Assembly: GCA_038870975.1 (NCBI GenBank) | Contig: JAVZJD010000002.1 | Coordinates: 672,001 to 736,000 of the forward strand | DNA from: Candidatus Bathyarchaeia archaeon | Lineage (GTDB): Archaea > Thermoproteota > CALKCG01 > B24 | Length of the DNA stretch: 64,000 bases | Direction: 5' to 3' | Shown here: in pieces, positions 59,624 to 64,000 of the stretch | How positions within the stretch are numbered: position 1 is the first letter of the stretch | Layout: each line of letters begins with the position of its first letter | Made by a program: the position numbers and the translations under genes | The notes under the pieces: model-generated | Databases searched by the model: none | The model's input: only the letters and a program-made list of their open reading frames with translations | Told to the model about the DNA's origin: nothing

Positions 59624-60694
59624 CTATAGCCGCTTAAACCCTATCCCCCTGCATTCCAATTCGCTTGGCTTACCCAAGCCTCCGTCAATTTTAAACTCAG
59701 CATTTAGAATGATCTTGCTAAGCTCTATACATGTTAGAGCGTGCAATGTAAGCTCTACAGTCTTGAATCTGCTTACCCCATCTGCTAAGCTAGCCCATAC
59801 TATGAGCTGGTCGCATAGGTGTTTATCTACAGGATAGCCACCTTTAAGTAAATTGATTAATTCTTCAGCTGCTTCCAAACCTATAAGCTCAGCCCGTTTG
59901 CCTATAGCACCCAGTCTATCTACACCAAAATAGCCGTAGGTGTGTTTAACAGTCAAGATTAATCCACAGCCTGGGTCTAGACTACACTTCGGGTTTGAAG
60001 GCTGAAGAGCTTCCTTCTCGAAGATCGGTTTTAAACCTGCAGTATTGAGTTTCTCCGTGGCACTTGAAGCCATCCTATTGACAATATGCTCCGGTAGTCT
60101 ACAGCTGTATGCCAACCCTCTGACTTCCGAAATCTCACCGAATTTATCAAGCATTATAGGTTTAAGCTTCCCAACAGGCTCTGTTGAAAATTCAACTTCT
60201 CCTCCACCTTTAGGGTAGAAGCCTCTTCTATTTAGTTTTAGATTCGCTTTAACTCCTATTGCTCTAAGGTTTGGTAGTAGAACTCTCTCAATGTAGTCTA
60301 CAGGAGGAGCCAGAGGGTTGTTTGTACCGCCTATAAGTGTAAGCTTCGTGTAGCCTGGTGCGAATGCCATAACAGGCATGGCTGCTTGAAGGATTAAAGT
60401 TACACTTCCAGCAGTACCGACGTCGAATTTATAGAAGCCTGCTTTAAGCTTTCCAGGGTTGAAAACAACTTCTGTTGAGCCTAAATTTAAACCTTCAACG
60501 TAACCATCGCATAAGGCAGATAAGACTTTCAAGGCTGTCATATGTTGCCTCGCTAAACCAGGCGGTTTACGTTTACCCCTGACATTCACTATCCTAATGG
60601 GTTCACCCAGTAGAGCTGATAAAGCAGCAGACATTCTAAGTATTTGCCCACCACCTTCAAGCATATCTCCCTGTATGGTCATCATAATGCTCAA
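59624..60694 (-). CDS. rtcA: RNA 3'-terminal phosphate cyclase
   Basis: EGGGQILR, PGLARQH, GFYPKGGG, DKHLCDQL, TLHALT. Confidence 0.95.
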   Translation of the reverse strand: MSIMMTIQGDMLEGGGQILRMSAALSALLGEPIRIVNVRGKRKPPGLARQHMTALKVLSALCDGYVEGLNLGSTEVVFNPGKLKAGFYKFDVGTAGSVTLILQAAMPVMAFAPGYTKLTLIGGTNNPLAPPVDYIERVLLPNLRAIGVKANLKLNRRGFYPKGGGEVEFSTEPVGKLKPIMLDKFGEISEVRGLAYSCRLPEHIVNRMASSATEKLNTAGLKPIFEKEALQPSNPKCSLDPGCGLILTVKHTYGYFGVDRLGAIGKRAELIGLEAAEELINLLKGGYPVDKHLCDQLIVWASLADGVSRFKTVELTLHALTCIELSKIILNAEFKIDGGLGKPSELECRGIGFKRL

Positions 60695-61020
60695 ACTATA
60701 ATTAGAAGACGGGCGTTTTAAATATCTTTAAAAGAAAAATCTACTAGTAATGTAATGCTTTTTAAGAAACAGTAGGGTAAAGATTCAAACGATGATGACC
60801 CAACCCCCGTATCTTTATACTGAAAATGTAAGAGGCGTACTTCAATCTACAGAACATGGCTTAAAAACATGCTCTATTAAATTCTCTTAAGGGGGTACTG
60901 TATGACTCAGAAATAAGGCAGGGAAGCATAACAACGTTGGATAAGCAACCTTCGAAGAAGGAATAGCAGTCTTGAAATCTTTAAATATAGAGAAGATAGG
61001 GGATTTTGCGGGGATCTTAT

Positions 61021-61893
61021 ATGTTTCTGTCCATAAGAGATTTTACTGTTAAGTGGGTGGGCTATGATACTGTATTTGATGGTTTGAAGGACTTAGGTAT
61101 ACCGAGCTTTGAGCTCTTCGTCAGTAGAGAGTTGAAGGTTGAATCATACCTAGATATGGGATATGTGACTGAGCTTGGTTTTGACGTATCTTCTAAAGAG
61201 TCTAGAGAAAGCTTAAAAAGAAAGCTTAGAGAGGCGGAGCTGAGCGTATGCGCGATCCTTGTAGAAAATGATTTCTCTTCAAAAGATCTAGATAGGGAAG
61301 TCGATTACGTGCTTTCAGCTGTAAAAGTCGCTTCAGAGCTTGAGGTCGATGTTGTTAGAATAAATGCGGTAATGCGTCCAATACCAGGTTACGATTTGGA
61401 GAAGCACGTTAAAAGGGTGGCGGATGCCGTTGGAAGGTGTATAGGTTCCTGCCGTGACCTTGGAGTCAGTCTAGCTGTTGAGAATCACGGTGTTATTGCA
61501 AATAAGAGGGAGTTTTTAAGGTCGCTTTTCCAAATGGTTAACGATGAACACCTAGGGCTAACGTTGGATACTGGAAACTTCTACTGGTTCGGCTACCCGT
61601 TGAAAGAAGTATATGAGATTATTGAAGAGTTTGCCTCTAAAGTAAAGCATACACACGTTAAAAACGCTGTAGTCGAGCCTAATAGGCGAGAGGTATTTAG
61701 AGAACCAGGCGACGTTAGAATGGCACCACTCTACCAAGGAGATATAGACCTTGGAAGGGTTGTAAAAATGTTAAAGAATGCTGGATACGACTACGATTTA
61801 ACAATAGAAGATGAATCTTTAGGCATGTTTAAAGACAAAGAAAGGCTGACCGTTCTAAAGAAAGACGTAGCGTTCGTTGGAAAACTCCTATAA
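61021..61893 (+). CDS. Sugar phosphate isomerase/epimerase
   Basis: AVENHG, LDTGNF, HTHVKN, TIEDE. Confidence 0.88.
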   Translation: MFLSIRDFTVKWVGYDTVFDGLKDLGIPSFELFVSRELKVESYLDMGYVTELGFDVSSKESRESLKRKLREAELSVCAILVENDFSSKDLDREVDYVLSAVKVASELEVDVVRINAVMRPIPGYDLEKHVKRVADAVGRCIGSCRDLGVSLAVENHGVIANKREFLRSLFQMVNDEHLGLTLDTGNFYWFGYPLKEVYEIIEEFASKVKHTHVKNAVVEPNRREVFREPGDVRMAPLYQGDIDLGRVVKMLKNAGYDYDLTIEDESLGMFKDKERLTVLKKDVAFVGKLL

Positions 61894-61919
61894 GGAAATC
61901 CGTGTCTAAATTCCCTATT

Positions 61920-62651
61920 CTATTTAAGCCTCTCCAGAGGCTTTACATTTCCAAACGTAGGTTTTGGACCCTTTCTAGGCGCAGCCCAGCGTACAGCATT
62001 ATATATCACTTTTAGCACGTTAGGATTATGGTAAATCGGTAGAGTTTCATGTCCAGGTCTAAAGTAGAAGATTTTTCCAAGACCCCTGTAGAAGCAGCAA
62101 CCACTTCTGAATACTTCACCCCCCTCAAACCAGCTTATAAAGACGAGTTCATCCGGTGGAGGAATATCGAAGAATTCACCGTACATTTCCGTGTGCTCAA
62201 GCTCAAAATATTCGCCTAGCCCTTCGGCTATTGGATGGTTTGGCATTACAACCCATATCCGCTCTTTTTCACCAGCTTCTCTCCACTTCAAATTGCAAGA
62301 CGTACCCATAAGCCTTCTGAAGATTTTTGAGAAGTGTGCAGAGTGTAAGACTATAAGACCCATACCCTCCAGTACTATGCGTCTTTGCAGTTTATCGACA
62401 ACTTGATCGCTAACTTTATCGTGAGCCATGTGTCCCCACCATATGAGAACATCCGTACTGTTAATTACGTCATCAGTTAATCCATGTTCAGGCTCTTCTA
62501 ACGTGGCCGTTCTAACTTCTAACTCTGGCTGTTTTCTAAGGTAATCTGCGATAGCGTTATGTATACCTCTCGGATAGATCTCCGCAACTCTGGAGTCTAT
62601 TTTCTCATGAAGGAATTCATTCCAAACTGTTACCCTTATTATGTCACACAA
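61920..62651 (-). CDS. thuA: ThuA (trehalose utilisation) domain protein
   Basis: [32 protein letters not shown]. Confidence 0.92.
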   Translation of the reverse strand: MCDIIRVTVWNEFLHEKIDSRVAEIYPRGIHNAIADYLRKQPELEVRTATLEEPEHGLTDDVINSTDVLIWWGHMAHDKVSDQVVDKLQRRIVLEGMGLIVLHSAHFSKIFRRLMGTSCNLKWREAGEKERIWVVMPNHPIAEGLGEYFELEHTEMYGEFFDIPPPDELVFISWFEGGEVFRSGCCFYRGLGKIFYFRPGHETLPIYHNPNVLKVIYNAVRWAAPRKGPKPTFGNVKPLERLK

Positions 62652-62751
62652 AGCAAACCACCCCCATTATCTAGAAGAATATCGTACTTATATGCTCTTT
62701 CATTACTTAGAGGAAATGGATTAACGTTGATTTTCCAGTGGTTTTTAAAGT

Positions 62752-63537
62752 CTACTTTACAAGCTCCTCCCACAGGGCTTTATAGTATCTCATTATCCTC
62801 TCGGGATCTGGACTTTCATCTATCTCTGCTAGACAATATCTATTGTAATTTATGTTTTTCAGAAGTTGAAATAGCTCCCTATATGGATAGCTTTTATCGT
62901 ATAGTTCGTGTATGTGGACGGATTTTATCCACCTCTTAAGCATGTTGAAGCTCTCCCTCACAGAACCATTGATTAAATCTGTTTCATTAGAATTCCAACA
63001 GACACCTACATGAGGATGGCTTGAAAGCTCCATAACTTCCCGTATACACTTTGGATCGCTTGTTCCATATCCGTGTACTTCAAGCCATACTTCAACGTCA
63101 TACTGCTCCGCATAGTCTCCACATTTTCTAAGGGCCTCAGCTATCTGTTTAATCGTCTTCTCCCGTGGAATACCGTAATCCTCCATAAGCCTATTCGGTC
63201 TAACCTTTACGCCTAAGGCTCCGACGTCGTACGCAAGTCTGATGAAGGCTTTCGTAGTCTCTATATTTTTATCCACTTCAGTTCTATCGGGCGAATGATA
63301 TTCACAGGTGGTTCCCAAGCTTAGAAGCTTAACAGGAGATTTCTCGAAGGCTTCTCTGACTCTACGTCTCTCTTCAACGCCTATATTTGGTTCTACACCA
63401 TGCGCATGCGTTGTTCTAAGCTCAACAGCTTCAAAACCAGTCCTACTGCATACTTCAATTATCCTCTCAATACTCCAAGTCCTAGCCAGATTATACGTTA
63501 CAAGTCCAAGCCTCAAAACCCACTCACGATTTTTCAC
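62752..63537 (-). CDS. Sugar phosphate isomerase/epimerase
   Basis: VELRTTHAHG, WLEVHG, VCWNSN, VHIHEL. Confidence 0.85.
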   Translation of the reverse strand: MKNREWVLRLGLVTYNLARTWSIERIIEVCSRTGFEAVELRTTHAHGVEPNIGVEERRRVREAFEKSPVKLLSLGTTCEYHSPDRTEVDKNIETTKAFIRLAYDVGALGVKVRPNRLMEDYGIPREKTIKQIAEALRKCGDYAEQYDVEVWLEVHGYGTSDPKCIREVMELSSHPHVGVCWNSNETDLINGSVRESFNMLKRWIKSVHIHELYDKSYPYRELFQLLKNINYNRYCLAEIDESPDPERIMRYYKALWEELVK

Positions 63538-63842
63538 CTCATTGGATAGACATATAAGCTTTATCTACATGTATTGAGGTCGATTATGGCATTGTTTGAA
63601 TGATTGATTAAATCTTGGAAGCTACTTATAAAAGACTCCACAAAGTATTCATTGCAACCTATGTACGTAGTTTAGTGGAATAATCCGATAAACGAGAGCT
63701 TCTACGATAAGTTTGAGAGCTATCCTTTTATAAGCGGTTTAAGAGACGGGAGGATTCAGATGCATAGTATGCATTAATGACGCTACGAGGCTTAGATAGT
63801 TAAAGTTAAGTTTAAAATAGATAGATATCTGATTGGTCTATC

Positions 63843-64000
63843 ATGAGTGAAATTCCATATTTGAATCCATATATTTCAGTGGAAAAGCGTGTTGAAGATC
63901 TCCTTAAAAGAATGACCTTAAGAGAGAAGATTGCTCAGCTCTGCTCGATACCTGCTAGTCTTCTATTTGAAGATGGACGTTTTTCTGTTGAGAAAGCCCA
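63843..64000 (+). CDS. GH3 glycoside hydrolase, 5' end (runs off the window)
   Basis: PYLNP...VEKRVEDLLKRMTLREKIAQL. Confidence 0.85.
   Translation, partial: MSEIPYLNPYISVEKRVEDLLKRMTLREKIAQLCSIPASLLFEDGRFSVEKA

Noticed and set aside
59624-60694. rtcA as a dedicated partner of the mtnA intron
   Set aside because: Widespread gene on the opposite strand; EndA already leaves cyclic phosphates; proximity alone is not evidence
1-64000. CRISPR array, rRNA, integrase or provirus
   Set aside because: No regularly spaced repeats, rRNA-like segment, tyrosine recombinase or viral hallmark genes seen

Overview
Archaeal chromosomal window, most likely a TACK-lineage (Bathyarchaeia-like) heterotroph. 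This assignment is inferred from S26e, L44e, S10, prefoldin beta, an ATP-dependent ligase, an intron-containing tRNA-Tyr, a corrinoid protein and many glycosidases. The main finding is two apparently frameshifted protein-coding genes, a stand-alone Lrp/AsnC-domain gene (32929-33181, missed by the ORF track) and mtnA (57438-58524). Each carries a tiny insertion (22 and 19 nt) that folds into a tRNA-type bulge-helix-bulge/loop motif. Cutting after the second nucleotide of each bulge restores the exact conserved protein, so these are candidate mRNA micro-introns spliced by the tRNA splicing machinery. The window also has an IS607 element (tnpA + tnpB) splitting a gene, and a 225-bp non-autonomous IS607 derivative that keeps a covarying omega-RNA-like structure. 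Other notable parts are a decayed accessory region after tRNA-Val with two toxin-antitoxin pairs, a KamA + ATP-grasp operon, a long bactofilin-like repeat protein and a stand-alone primase-family protein. All calls come from reading the sequence and recognising motifs; no searches were run.
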